The notes under the pieces: model-generated
Told to the model about the DNA's origin: nothing
The model's database searches: none
Seen by the model: only the letters and a program-made list of their open reading frames with translations
Translations under genes and position numbers: made by a program
NCBI RefSeq assembly: GCF_009914755.1
Contig: NC_060942.1
Length of the DNA: 64,000 bases
DNA from: the human T2T-CHM13v2.0 reference genome, Homo sapiens
Strand: one strand, 5' to 3'
Part shown: piece by piece, positions 14,010-34,035 of the stretch
Position numbering within the stretch: the stretch's first letter is position 1
How the letters are laid out: each line of letters starts with the position of its first letter

Positions 14010-14063
<54 letters not shown>
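14010..14063. repeat. (TA)n microsatellite, about 26 pure units
   Basis: Uninterrupted alternating AT run. Confidence 0.98.
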
Positions 14064-14066
<3 letters not shown>

Positions 14067-14550
14067 GGCATTCTATCCTCTGAAGTCTAAATTAAGTGTA
14101 TGATGAATGTCTGTTAAGAAATAATAGGTGGGGAAGGAATAAATGAAATTTCAGAAATTTGTTTCTACCTAGGGTGATTACACTGTAGGTACAGAATACT
14201 GGTAAAGTAAATATCCATAAATCTTAATGCATTATCTGAATAATCAAAAAAATAATATGCTGATAGGGTTCATGTTGAATGTATAAGTTACCATAAATTG
14301 TCTCTTACAAGAAAGCATTTCATAAATATGACTTCAGGAAGATTATGTTACCTTAATGAATAATAGTTGTGGTCCCAAAATGAAAGTTTCTTTAAGTTGA
14401 AACCTTTTTTTCATTTTGCCAATCAATAAACTTTTTTTGAACATCTGTGTGCAATTCACCATGATAGGCATTGCCAGGAATAAAAATGAATATAATATAT
14501 ATTTCTTGTCACCAAAGGAATGTAAGCATATAATTTTAAGAAAGAAGATA

Positions 14551-14857
14551 GGCCGGGCGTGGTGGCTCATGCCTGTAATCCCAGCACTTTGGGAGGCCAA
14601 AGCAGGCAGTTCACCTGAGGTCAGGAGTTTGAGACCAGCCTGGCCACATGGTGAAACCCCGTCTCTACTAAAAATACAAAAATTATCTGGGTGTGGTGGC
14701 ATGCACCTGTAATCCCAGCTACTTGGAAGGCTGAGGCAGGAGAATCACTTGAACCTGGGAGGCGGAGGTTTCAGTGAGCCGAGATCACGCCATTGCACTC
14801 CAGCCTGGGCAACAGGAGTGAAATTGTCTCAGGAAAAAAACCAAAAAACAAAAAACA
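14551..14857 (+). mobile_element. Alu (AluS)
   Basis: ggccgggcgtggtggctca... to an A-rich tail; aagata on both flanks. Confidence 0.96.
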
Positions 14858-15170
14858 AGATAGATTGTTGATAAAACAAGATAGATTGTTGATAAGACAA
14901 ATTGACAAAAATATCAAGGGGCAAATGAGTGATCAGGCAGAAGCCTTATTAAGAAGAACCCCCCCTGAGTAGCAGAGTTACCTGAAAGACTCTACGTGGT
15001 AGTTTTTGTTTTAATAGACCCTGTTTTAAGACTGAATTGTTACATGTTTTATGCCCTTGGTCATTGAAACTCTATAAATTTGATAAAAGACATGTATCTA
15101 ACATCCAAGAAGCTCAACAAACTCCAGATAGGAGAATTTCAAAGAGACGCATGCCTAGATACATCATAAT

Positions 15171-15610
15171 TGAAGTAGTTTGGGTATTTGTCCCCACCTG
15201 AATCTCATGTTCAATTGTAATCCCCACGGCTGGAGGTGGACCTGGTGGGAGTGTTTACATCATGGGGATGGGAGTGTGGGAGTGTTTAGATGATGGGGGT
15301 GGCTCCCTCATGGCTTGGTGCTGTCTTCATGATGGTGAGTTCTTGTGAGATATGGTCATTTAAACCTGTGTGGCACTTTCACGCTGCCCACTCACTCTTG
15401 CTTGCTCCTGCTTTTGCCAGGTGATGTGTCTACTCCCCGTTCACCCTCCACCATAGTTGAAAGCTTCCTGAGGCTTCACTAGAAGGCATGCAGAGGCCAG
15501 CACCATACTTCCGTAAAGCCTGCAGAACCATGAGCCAACTAAACCTCTTTTCTTTATAAATTACCCAGTCTTGGGTATTTCTTTTTAGTAATGCAAGAAC
15601 AGCCAATATG
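15171..15610 (+). mobile_element. MST-family (MSTB-like) MaLR solo LTR
   Basis: MST-type 5' end and 'agcctgcagaaccatgagccaactaaacctcttttc'; 5-bp TSD ataat on both sides. Confidence 0.9.
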
Positions 15611-15756
15611 ATAATTAAACTGTTGAAAGACAAAGAGAAAGCTATTGAAAACATCAAGAGAGAAGTGAATTGTTACGCCACAATTGTGTGATTAATAGCT
15701 AACTTCTCATCAAAACAATGATACAAGTCAGTGGGATGACATATTCTGAGTACTGA

Positions 15757-16092
<336 letters not shown>

Positions 16093-17042
16093 TTAACCAA
16101 GAATTCTACATCCCGCAAAACTAGCCTTTAAATATAAAGAAAAAAATTAACACATTTCCAGATAAATGAAAGCTGAGATAGTTTGCTGCCAGCAGACCTA
16201 ACCCACAAGAAATACTAAAAGGAGTCCTTCAGGCTGAAATGACAGAAAATTAAACAGTAACTCAATTCCAAATGAAGAAATAAAGAGCACCAGAAAAGGT
16301 AACTACGTAAGTATATAGGAAAGAGTGTATGTTTGTACATTTGCTTGTAATTACACCTTTTATTTCCTCTACAATGAAAAAGACAACTGAATAATATAAT
16401 AATTTAAATGTACGTTGATTGGCACACTATTTATAGATATGTAATATGTGAAAATAACACCATATGGGGGAGAAGAATGAAGCTATATAGGAAAAAAGTT
16501 TTTGTATACTATTAAAATTAAGTTGGCACTAACTTGGAAGGGAATTGTTTCATTTGAGATGGTAATTGTGATTGTGAGAGTAACCACTAGGAAAATGACT
16601 ATACATAGTAAAGGAAATGACAAGAAGCTTAAAATGGTACAGTAGGAAATAACTATTCAACACAAAAGAAGGCAATGATGAAGGAACCGGAAAAAAAGAT
16701 GTAAGACATAGAGAAAAGGGCATATATAAATCCTGCTTTACTAGTAATTACATTAAAGGGATGAAACGCTTCAATTAAAAGGCAGAGACTGGCAGAATGC
16801 ATTAAAAAATGCTCCAACTGTGTGCTGTCTGCAACAGAATCACGGTAGAATAAAAGACACAAATAGGCTGGGAGTAAAAGGATGGAACAAGATGTGCCAT
16901 ACAAACATATTTGCAACCAAATGGAGCTGGATTGGCCATGCTAATATCAGATACAATAGGCTTTAATATAAAACTTGTTAATAAAGACAAAGAAATACTT
17001 TTATAATAAAAATGTCAACCCATCAAGATATAACAATTATAA

Positions 17043-17340
17043 GGCTGGGTGTGGTGGCTCATGCCTGTAATTGTAGCACTTTTGGAGGCCAAGGTGGTGG
17101 ATTGCTTGAGCTCAGAAGTTTGAGACTAGCCTGGGCAACATGGTGAAACCCCGTCTCTACTAAAAATACAAAAAATTATTCGGATGTGGTGGTGCGTGCC
17201 TGTAATCCCAGCTACTCGGGAAGCTGAAGTGGGAGGATGCTTGAGCCGGGGAGGCAGAGGTTGCAGTGAGCTGAGATTGTACCACTGTACTCCAGCCTGG
17301 GTGACAGAGTGAGGCCCTGTCTCAGAAAAGAAAACAAACA
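17043..17340 (+). mobile_element. Alu (AluJ-like)
   Basis: Full dimer with 'ttgcttgagctcagaagtttgag' and 'gggaggatgcttgagcc'. Confidence 0.94.
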
Positions 17341-18289
17341 AGCATGTCTGCATTTAACAACAAAGTCCCAAAATACATGAAGCAAAAATGGACAGAATCA
17401 AAGGCAGAAATAGATACCTCAACAGTAGTAGGAGACCTGAAGACCTCATTTTCAATAATGAATAGAAGACATAGAAGATTAGCAAGGAGAAAGAAAACTT
17501 GACGACGATGTACATCATCTATGCCTAACAGGTATCTATAGAGCTCTCTACACAGCAACAGCTCTCAAGTGTACAGGAAGCATTCTCTAAGTACATTCTA
17601 CATTACACCATCAAACACATCCAATTTGATTTCAAAGGACTGACGATATACAAAATATATTCTCTGACAACAGTGGAAGGGAATTAGAATCAATAACAGA
17701 AGGGAACTTGGGAAATTCACAAATATGTTGAAATTGAACACATGCTCCTAAATAACAAATGGATCCCAAAAGAAATCAAAAGGTAAATAGGAAACCACGG
17801 TGGTGAGTTAAAAAGATACCAAAAATCATGAAAGTAACAGAAGTAGGGCTCAGACAGAAGGTTAGAGTTGTAAACACCTATGTTGAAAAAGAAGAAACAT
17901 CTCAAATCAATAATATAACCTTCAACCTTAAGACACTATAAAAAAGAGCAAACTAAATCCAAAGCTAGCAGAAAGAAAGAAGCAATAAAGATTAAAGTGG
18001 AAACAGATGAACTAGAGAATGGAAACAGAGTAGCAAAAAAATCAATGAAACCAAAAGTCAGTCTTTGAAAACCTTTACAAGGTTGAAAAAGCCTTAACAA
18101 GACTGACCAAGAAAAACAGAAAAGAATTAAATGACTAAAATCAAGATGAAAGGAAGAACAATACTACTGATCTTATAGGGAAAGAGGACGATAAAATAAC
18201 ACACAGTAAAGTGATTGGGTTAGTTATAATAATAAAAAAAACTTCCCACAAGGAGAAATCCAGGAGCAGATGGCTTCACTTGAGAATTC

Positions 18290-24235
<5,946 letters not shown>

Positions 24236-24240
<5 letters not shown>

Positions 24241-25515
24241 GGACTTGAATCCAGACTATATAAAAGAGTTTTACAACTCAACAATGAGAACCAAACTATT
24301 ATTAAAAAGTAGTTAAAAAATTAGATAAACATATTTCCAAAGAAGATATACAATATAAACAAGCACATAAAAAGATATGCACCATCGTTAGTCATCAGTG
24401 AAATGCACATCAACGCCGCAAGGAGATACCACTTCACACCCAGCAGATCACTATAATTTAAATGGAAAAGGAAAGTAAATGTTGTTCGGAATGTGGAGAT
24501 ATTGGGACCTTCATATACTGCTGGTGGGAATTTAAAATGATACACCTGCTAGAGAAACTAATCTGGCAGTTCCTCAAAATGCTAAACATAGACTGACCAT
24601 ACACCCTAGAAATCCCACTTATGTGTATATATCAAGAGAAATGAAAACATATGATCTTACAAGAACTTGAACAGGAATGCTCATGGCAGCATTGTTCATG
24701 TTAGCTAAAAAGTGGAAGCAACCCAAATGTCCATTAACTGATGAATGGATAAGAAAATTGTGGGATGTGCATACAGTGGTGTGCTATTAGCCGTGTTATA
24801 ACCTGGAGGATCTGTGAAAACATCGTGCTACATGAGAGAAGCGAGACACCAATGGCAACACATTGTGGGATTCCATTTACATGGATTGCTCAGAATAGGA
24901 AAATCCATAAGACGGAAAGTAGATGTATTAATCCATTCACACTGCTATAAAAATACTACCTGAGACTGGGTAATTTATGAAGAAAAGAGGTTTAATTGAC
25001 TCAGAGTTCTGCATGGCTGGGGAGGCCTCAGGAAACTTACAATCATGGTGGAAGGTGAAGGGGAAGCAAGGCACATCTTACATGGTGGCCAGCGAGAGAG
25101 AGAGAGAGAGAGAGCAGGGCAAACTGCCACTTATGAAACCTTCAGATCTGTGGGAATTCACTCACTATCGCTAGAACAGCTTGGGAGAAATTTCCCCCAT
25201 GATCCAGTCACCTGCTACCAGGTCCCTCCCTTGACATGTGGGGATAACGATTAGAGATGAGATTTGGTTGGGGACACAGAGCCCAGCCATGTCAGTAGAT
25301 TAGTGGCTGCCAGGGGCTTTGGGGAGGGAAGATTGGGAGTGGTGGTTAAGTGGTTCAAGGCCTCTTTTTGGGGTGATAAAAATGTTTTGAAATTAGGGAT
25401 GGTGATTTTACAACCTGTGAATATACTAAAAACCACTGAATTTTACCATTTAAAATAGTGAATTATGATAGTAATTATCATATATGAGATATATGAGTTA
25501 TAGATCAGTAAAAAA
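24236..25515 (+). mobile_element. Old L1M (L1MB-like) 3' end, interrupted by a MaLR LTR
   Basis: 'gataaggacttgaatccagactatataaa', 'ccaaagaagatataca', 'tggaagcaacccaaatgtcc', 'ttttggggtgataaaaatgttttgaaattag'. Confidence 0.88.
24924..25294 (-). mobile_element. THE1D/MSTA-like MaLR solo LTR
   Basis: tgtattaatcc...gacacagagcccagccatgtca; TSD gtaga at 24919-24923 and 25295-25299. Confidence 0.92.
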
Positions 25516-26132
25516 CAAACCCCTCTCCTTGAACTCCCGTCAAGATTGTTTTGTTTGTTTGCTTTTTTCACTGTGCCACAAGTTTGATTTATTGACCAGG
25601 CCCATGAAAATCTTTTAGCATTTTAATTTTAGTAGATGACTATAAGATACATTTATGTACCATGGTACATATTTAATGCTTATTGGGCGTCCATATTTCC
25701 CAACCACAACTGAACATCATGAGACATTGTTTTGGATTTTTAAAAAAGAGGTTTTATTCTGTGGAAACAAGTATCAATAAGTTTAAACAGACAGGACGTT
25801 TACACACATCAAAAAACTATTTCTCTCAGAATTTGCCTTTGTTCTAAGGGCCTCTGCCTCTTCTTGGGTTGAGACCGAGTGACCCTGGGTCAGGAAGTGT
25901 ACTGGGTGTCCACTGCAACTAGGGGAATGTGCTGTAGTGGGTTCCTACTAGCAGGTGATTTTCTCCCAGTTCTTCTATAGTTGCATTTCTCCTAAAAAAT
26001 AGACAGTGACATTTGGAAGATGCATTATGGTTTACCCATAGATGAAATATATTCACTTTTAGGACCAAAAAAACTCTGTATCTGGTAAGCAGGAGTTGTT
26101 GGCTCAATGGTGACCGAGTTTAAAATAGATGA

Positions 26133-26448
<316 letters not shown>

Positions 26449-26759
26449 TTAAGAGAGGGCAACATCCAACCACACTAATTAAGAATTTTAAAGGCATTTG
26501 ATTCAGTTTGGCACACTGTTAGTCATGGTTCAAAAAATGTTAGCAGGAAATAAAACACTTTGAGATGTCCTTGCACATCCAAGTCACAGCTATGTAAAAA
26601 TATGAATATAAGATAAATCAGTACTGAATAAAAAATTTAATAAAGAGGTGAATGAAAAGTAAATCATTGGTAGACTAGAGAAAAAAACCTTTAGCTTTAT
26701 TGGAGATAATACGTTTATTTATTTACACAATAACTGTTGAGACTTTACACTCTGCCAAG

Positions 26760-27769
26760 TGATCCAGTTTGGATGTTTGTCCCCACCAAATCTCATGTTG
26801 AATTGTAATCCCCAGTGTTGGGAGGAGGGGTCTGGTGGGAGGTTTTTGGGTCATGGGAGTGGATCCCTCGTGAATGTCTTGGTGCTGTCCTCGTGATAGT
26901 GAGTGAGTGAGTGAATTCTCATGAGAGAACCTCTCCCCTCCACTGTCTCTCTTGCTCCCTGATGTGGTTTGGCTCTGTGTCCCCACTCAAATCTCATGTT
27001 GAATTGTAATCCCCAGTGTTGGGAGGTGGGGTCTGGTGGGTGGTGTTTGGGTCATGGGAGTGGATCCCTTGTGAATGTCTTGGTGCTATCCTCGTGATAG
27101 TGAGTGAGTTCTCATGAGAGAACCTCTCCCCTCCACGCTCTCTCTTGCTCCCTGATGTGGTTAGGCTGTGTCCCAACTCAAATCTCATGTTGAATTGTAA
27201 TCCCCAGTGTTGGGGGAGGGACCTGCTTGGAGGTGACTGGATCATGGGTGCCGTTTGCCCCTTGCTGTTGTTGTGAGTGAGTTCTCATGAGATCTGGTTG
27301 TTTAAAAGTGTGTAGCAATTCCCCTTTGCTCTCACACGCTCTCTCTCTCCATCTCTCTCTCTGTCTCTCTCCTCTCTATCACGTCGCCATGTGAAGATGT
27401 GTTTGCTTCCCCTTCACCTTTCTGCCATGATTGTAAGTTTCCTGAGGCCTCACAGCCATGCCTGCTGTACAGTCTGCAGAACTGTCAGTCAATTAAACCT
27501 GTTTTCTTTACAAACTACTCAGTATTGGGTAGTTCTTTATAGCAATGTGAGAATGGACTAATACATTATCACTCTTGCCATGTGAGATGCCTGATCCCAC
27601 TTTGCCTTCTGCCATGGTTGTAGCTTCTTGAGGCCTCCCCAGAAGCTGAGCAGATGCTAGCACCATGCTTCCTGTAGAGCCTGCAGAACCATGAGCTAAC
27701 TAAATTTTCTTTCTTTATAAATTACCTAGTCTCAGGTATTTTTTAGCAGTGCAAGAATGGCTTAATGCA
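26760..27769 (+). mobile_element. Composite MST LTR array (MSTB-like host, MSTA-like insert, tandem chimeric unit)
   Basis: Three LTR 5' ends (26760, 26960, 27153) and two 3' ends (27565, 27769); outer TSD ccaag. Confidence 0.9.
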
Positions 27770-28039
27770 CCAAGGATTGTGTAGGATGACAGGGATTATT
27801 GAGTGCATATAATCTATTTTGCTTTTCAAGGAGCTCCTGGCCCAGGGTAGAGATCAAAATCCCTCAGACAACACAGACAATCACATGGGACTTGAGCACG
27901 TACTGTGGGAACAGAGCATGGCCATCTCTGTCTCCCTGGGAAGGAAGATGTGGAGAGGCTTGGATAATGATTTGATAACACCTTGTGCATCCTCCTAACC
28001 CTCCTGAAAAAAACAAAGTGAGGAAAGGAGGAATTTTAG

Positions 28040-29960
28040 GAAAAAGGAGAAAACCAAGGAACTGGAAGAAACAGAAGAGTACCCAGCCATTTGGGGATGA
28101 GGAAGCAGCTTATGATGATGGGGTTCAGTTTGGACTGGGATTGCAGCAGAAAGGGGCACTCGGAAGGCAGGGGGAAGAAGTCTACAGATGACCTTTAGAT
28201 TTTGGGTTCAGGAGTGTGAATTTTAGCTGATGAGCGAGGGGAGACTTTGGAAGGTTGGTGTTATGGCAGTGCACTACACCCTGCGAAGGTCTCTCTTACA
28301 GAAGTGAGGACAATGCATCTCAGAAGATGGAGAATGGAGGCAGGAAAAACAAGAGATGTGTCTTAGTCACTCTCTGAGCTGAAGATTATAGAAAACCAAA
28401 CCAGAGTGGATCTAACTAATAGTCGTGTTCTTTTGACTTTCTGGTTTGTAAAGAAAAGAACTAGGTAGCCTGTCATTGGCTTAGAGCTCAATAACTTCAG
28501 TCTCTATGCCCCTCTATTTCTCTCACATTCTTCTGATGGTCACAAAATAGCTACTGCAATTCTAGTATTTACTCCAGTCAATAAAGGAAGAGGAGAAGGA
28601 AGGAAGGGGAAGCCGCAGCAGAATTCCACTCTGGCTTCCTTAGGTGGAGCTATGTCAGATGGCTCCCCATGCCTCCAGGGGACTAAATGTTGTTGCTTTT
28701 CCAGTCTCTGGATTTGAGACAGGCAAGGGAGAAGGTGGCTGGGGATGTGTGCTGGGAAATCGGGTCTAGAGTGGGTGCCACAGGAGGCCAACATAGACGT
28801 TGCTGAGTAAATATTAATTGATTCAGTCTTAGCATGTGGTAGATGGCAATGATGGGACTGGAGGAGGGCTAATGAATTTGAAAGTGATTTTCCATGCAGA
28901 ATAGACAGGAGCTGGGAGCTTATTGGATATGGGCAGCTGCAAGCAAGGCAAAATCAGGGAAGGTCTAGGAGCAGGCAAGAAAGGCCTGGAGACTTGTGAC
29001 TTATATGGCAGGAGGGTTAGCGGTGTCAGGAATGGGGACAGATAGGACAGAAAGAGAGGTATTTGGGGAAAAACAAAGACTCATCTCAAGCACACTGAGG
29101 TTAATCCAGGGAAAAACATGCAGTTGGCAGTTGGAAATGAAGTATAGAGCAGGATTTCTCAAGGGACTTGGGACGTCTTACTCTCTTGATGATTTGAGGA
29201 CCCCAAAGAGTTTTGGTTTATGTAGATTGTCTCTACATTTACTCTGTTAGAAATTAAAACAGAAATTTAGTAAAATTCATTAATTTGTTAAAATAGCAAT
29301 CATTAACTCCTTGAATATTTTTATGCAGATAATCATGTTTTAAAAAAAATTGTAATGAGGGAGTGGCTTTGTTACCTGTTCTTCATTCCTCCTATGGGGC
29401 CACTGCCTTGGTTAGTGTTAAACTTCCGCAGTTCTCCCCGCTATTGCTACTGCATCTCCAGTGCAAATTTTAACACAGTGAAAAAGGCAAATAGCAGTGC
29501 CAATGTGGAAATGGCTTTTCCCTATGCAGATGACTTTTGGACAATGTCTGGAGCTGAAGGGGAGAATCTGAGTTAGAGACGAGCCTTGCAGGTTTGGATG
29601 AGACGACCCAGGAGACTGAGCTGAGCGAAGAGGCTCAAGTGTAAATGTCTATGGAGCAGCCCCACTGTAGGGCAGGCAGAAGAAAAGGTGACCTGAAGGG
29701 AATTTGTGAAGAAAGGGCCAGAGGCATGAAGATAACCAGAACTATAAGGTGTCTCAGGTAAGACATAGAGAAGTGATAAACACCGGAAGCCAAAAAGAAG
29801 CTAAATAAAATGCTGCTTAAAAGTGCCCGTTGGATTTGCCATTGAGGACAACATTGGTAGGATTAGTTTGGATGGCTGCAGTGGAATAGTGGGAAGTCAG
29901 ACTTCATGGACTTCAAGCAGGAAAGGAAGGTAACAAAATGCGTCTGTTAATTTTGACCAA
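28040..29960 (-). mobile_element. Degraded L2 fragments with an intervening hAT-like DNA transposon remnant (about 29145-29520)
   Basis: Purine-rich L2-like text ('cagttggcagttggaaatga', 'gtgcccgttggatttgccatt'); 'gaggaccccaaagagttttggtttatgt...ttagaaattaaaac'; boundaries uncertain. Confidence 0.5.
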
Positions 29961-30256
29961 TGTTTTAGAAAGTTCTTCAGCAGAGGTGTGGGAAGAGATA
30001 TAATTGTAGATAGAAAGCACTAAATGAGTGAAGTGGATCTTGATTTTTTTCTTCTTCCTTTAAATATGGTAGATATGTGTAAGAAAGAGCCAGATTGAAC
30101 TGTCTGTCTTCTGAAATAGGAAAGAATGAATCTTTCAGGAGAGAACTTAGAAGGTGAGATGGGACAGAAGGTGAAGATAGGATTGTCTGATAGCCTTTCA
30201 TAGCCTTTAATTTCCATGTTGTGAGATGCTATTTTGTTAACCAAGGGCAAAGTGTG

Positions 30257-30538
<282 letters not shown>

Positions 30539-33500
30539 TCAAGCAAAGTGGTAAAACTTTCTTCTGCATGTTGTGACAGAAGAGGGAGAGAAAGGAAGTG
30601 GACCAGGACAAATTAAGAGACCACCACGTTTAATGAGAGCTCACTTAGTTCTAAAGCTACACGTGTAGTGGCAGTGACCTGCGAAGGTGTACTCTGTTTT
30701 TCCAGCGAGTCACAGCAGGCTGGGTCTGAGTCTCAGTTTGCCAGATGCAAAGTGATTTTGCTTTCCCGGGGTGCCTGATGTGGTGCGTTTCTCATCCGTG
30801 GACGTGGCCTGTGAGGGACCCGGTCTGTGGCTCTGTTTTCACAGCATCTGGCAGTGGTGACTGCAGTAGGAAGTGCTTGATGCAGGCTCATTGTGAAGAG
30901 TCAACAGAAGGCATCAAAGCTTTTGAACAAGAAAGAGACAGATTGAAAGTGATTTCGTAGGGCATGTAATTGGGTGGCGCTGATGTGAAGAATTGGAGTG
31001 AAGACCTGAGTCAGAAAAATCATGCAAGAGACTTGGAAGGGAACGGGGGCTCTTGAAAGGCTGGGAAAACACAGTGGTGAATGAAAGTGATGGAGAACAG
31101 AGCATGCCTGAGGGAAAACAGGTCATTTCATTAGAATTAATGGGCCGACTGCACACCGTGTCTTGGTTTTCAAATTACCGGCCAAATCACCAAGCCAGAA
31201 CCCTCGTTCCCCACATACCTCATTTTGGCTATGAAACCACCCCAAGATTGATTTAGAAAATGGGTGAGGTCCATGGGGTGAAAGGCCTCCAAGGTGGATT
31301 AATTACCTCTGGCTTGCCTTCGATGATGAGCAAACAACCCTAGGCCAAAAGTCATCATGGGAGGGACTTCTGTCCTTAGGTTAACACTCACACATTGTTT
31401 ATCATCCAGACAAAGCCTGCGTTTTGGGAAGGATACTTTTCTGCCTGCAAAGATCTTTACCACCTTAAAATGCAATTTCCTATGCAGAAAACATGGCAAG
31501 AAAGGATCAGGGAAATTTGTTTTTATGTTGAGTTTTGTTTCGTCTTTTTCCATGGATACTGCAGCATCAGATATTTTTAGCTGATTTTGAAAAGGATAAT
31601 TTCTAAATAAGTCAGAAGACTTGTATGTTTAGTGTTTGGTTCATAACACAAAATTTCAATTTGCTAAGCACCCATTTAATGACCATTCTCATCTCATGCT
31701 TTATTATGACATTGACATGTGGTCATATTTCATATCTACATAGCCACTGAAGCACTGAGACCAGGTCATCCTTCAGGCCGGTTTAAGTTAGAAATTGCAA
31801 TATGCACACAACGGCGATTCAGTCTGCTCCTGCCACAGAACAGTAAGAGTGCCATGCTGTAAAATGCAACCAGGGAACCCCTCATTGGGGATTGCTGTGA
31901 GGGTTACAGTTTAAAGGATACTAAACTGTGCCTTATCAAGGGTTAGATGCAATTGAGTGTTAGCTATTGTCATTGTCACCATCATCTTTGTGTCATCATG
32001 TCACCATAGTAATGTTTTTATACCTTGGTGGTAGCAACAGGGTTTTCTCTCCCCGTAATTCACTTTGGAATTATTTTAGGAGAGGAGTCTTTCTTTCTTC
32101 TTTACCCACAGTGCTCAGTAAATACTTGTTAAGGCAGGTTGAAGATCTTCGTCCCGGGCTTTCCATCACCCGCGGAATGAAGCTCTACCTCCTTCCCCCG
32201 GGGTCAGGACCCTGAGCAGCAGGGACTCGCGGACCCCTGCTCTGCCCTGCTCACACTGAGTGTCGCTAGGGCCATGAAGGGCCAAGCTCCCCCCGCAAGC
32301 TCGTTTTTTCCCTTGATGCACCATTTGAACTGCTTGGTCTCCCCTTGCACCCAGGTTTCCTCTCCTCTGTACTCATAGGCAGATTACATGCATTTGCATT
32401 TTTTTTCAGCACTCAGTTTATCCATCACTTTACCCAGGAAGCCTGTGCTGACTCTTGGATGGAAGGCATCGTGCTCGGGAGCCTCCCTGTGACTGCTTTG
32501 ACTCATGTGCCCATGTGCACTCCTCCATCTCTTGTGCGTTGCTCGCTGCATGGGAGACTCAGCTGGTCAGGAACTGTGGGTCACCTAAGGGTCATTGTCT
32601 TCACAGTTCAGCCCTAGGGTATACCGCAGTGCATCACACCTGCTGGGTGCATAAGTACCATTTGTTGAACATTTGAATAGCCCTATGTAAAAAATACCTG
32701 AAGGCAAGTCTGGATAAAGTCTCCTGTTCGCTAAAGACAGGTAGGGTAGATAAACGTTTAACAGTATGAATCTTCTTTGGGGAGTGCCCCTGTCTAGCAG
32801 TGTGATCTTACATATGAGACACAAGCACTGCATGCCTCGGCTTTCTCATCTCTGAAGTGGGGTTAATGGCAGCACTGCTGTCTGATGAGCCCGGTGCATG
32901 TCATCTGTGACTCACGTGGGCATTGCCTGCAGATGCCTGGCTGATGCTATGGCCAGTGCTGGCATCACCAGCCTTAGGAGCTTCCTATTTTAGGCCCACA
33001 ATGTGTCTAACGGCTTTATCACAATCTTACATAAAAGCTATGTATATTTGTATGCTGTATATGTAGGTATGCATCTATATGTTAATTCACTAGTGTAATT
33101 CTTATTGATTTATTAGTTATAATCCTTCCAAAAGAAGTCATTGGTTTTAAATTCACCAAGTTGAAGGATGTAAGAGAAATACACATATGAGAAGAAGTTG
33201 TTGGGCATGGATTATTTTCAGCAAATGGTACCACCATGAGTGTTTGGGAAATGATAATTCTCTCGTCCATTGTACTGAATCAGATTTTAGTTCTAAATTT
33301 CCATTCGTCTCATTGAGTGTCATAAATTTGCTTGATGCTCTAAGTTCTTGATGCCTGTGTGATTTCTTATTTTGATGACATTTTCCAATGCCACGTGATA
33401 TTTTTGAAATGAAAAAATTTGTACATTTTGATCAACTTGCCAGCAAACACCCCTTGAGAGCCCTCCAGCTCCAGGAGCTTAGACGTCGTGACTCCGGCAC

Positions 33501-33879
33501 CCACCGGATGCTCCACTCACTTTGTTTTGGCCTTCACACAACAAACCTGACTTTAATACAAACCCAACTGAAAAGCACTGGACGTTGCAAGACTTCAAAG
33601 GCCACTCATCAGCACCTTTCCCAAGCTCCTGCTTGCCACCTGCACATGACAGATGTGACAGCTTAGACGAAACCCATGAGGTTTTTCTCCCCAGCCTTTG
33701 GTGCGGAGCTCCCATCTGGAGCCGTGTTTCATCTGGCACTGCGGGGCATGAGAACTAACAGCTGGTTAATGGCCTGGCTCCCACAGCATTGTTCCCCTCA
33801 CCCCAGCTCTGTGAAGCCGCTCTTGTGCCCAGGTGACCGGCATTAGCAGCTGTGAGCTCCTGTAAGGAAAGCCACAACT

Positions 33880-34035
33880 TTGGACTCAGAGTCTCTGGTT
33901 TTGAAGCCCTTCCCCTTCCCCATTTTTCCCCATACCTGGGGGAGCTCTGTGAGCTTAGGTTTCCTTGTATGTAATAGCGGAATATCAATACCTACCTTAT
34001 AGGGCTATTGTAGGGAGCACACAAAGAACATATTA
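33880..34035 (+). mobile_element. MIR fragment
   Basis: 'ggactcagagtctctggttttgaagccct...ctctgtgagcttaggtttcctt...aatacctaccttatagggctattgt'. Confidence 0.6.

Noticed and set aside
26760-27565. Regularly spaced repeats as a CRISPR-like array
   Set aside because: Eukaryotic LTR-derived units without unique spacers or cas genes
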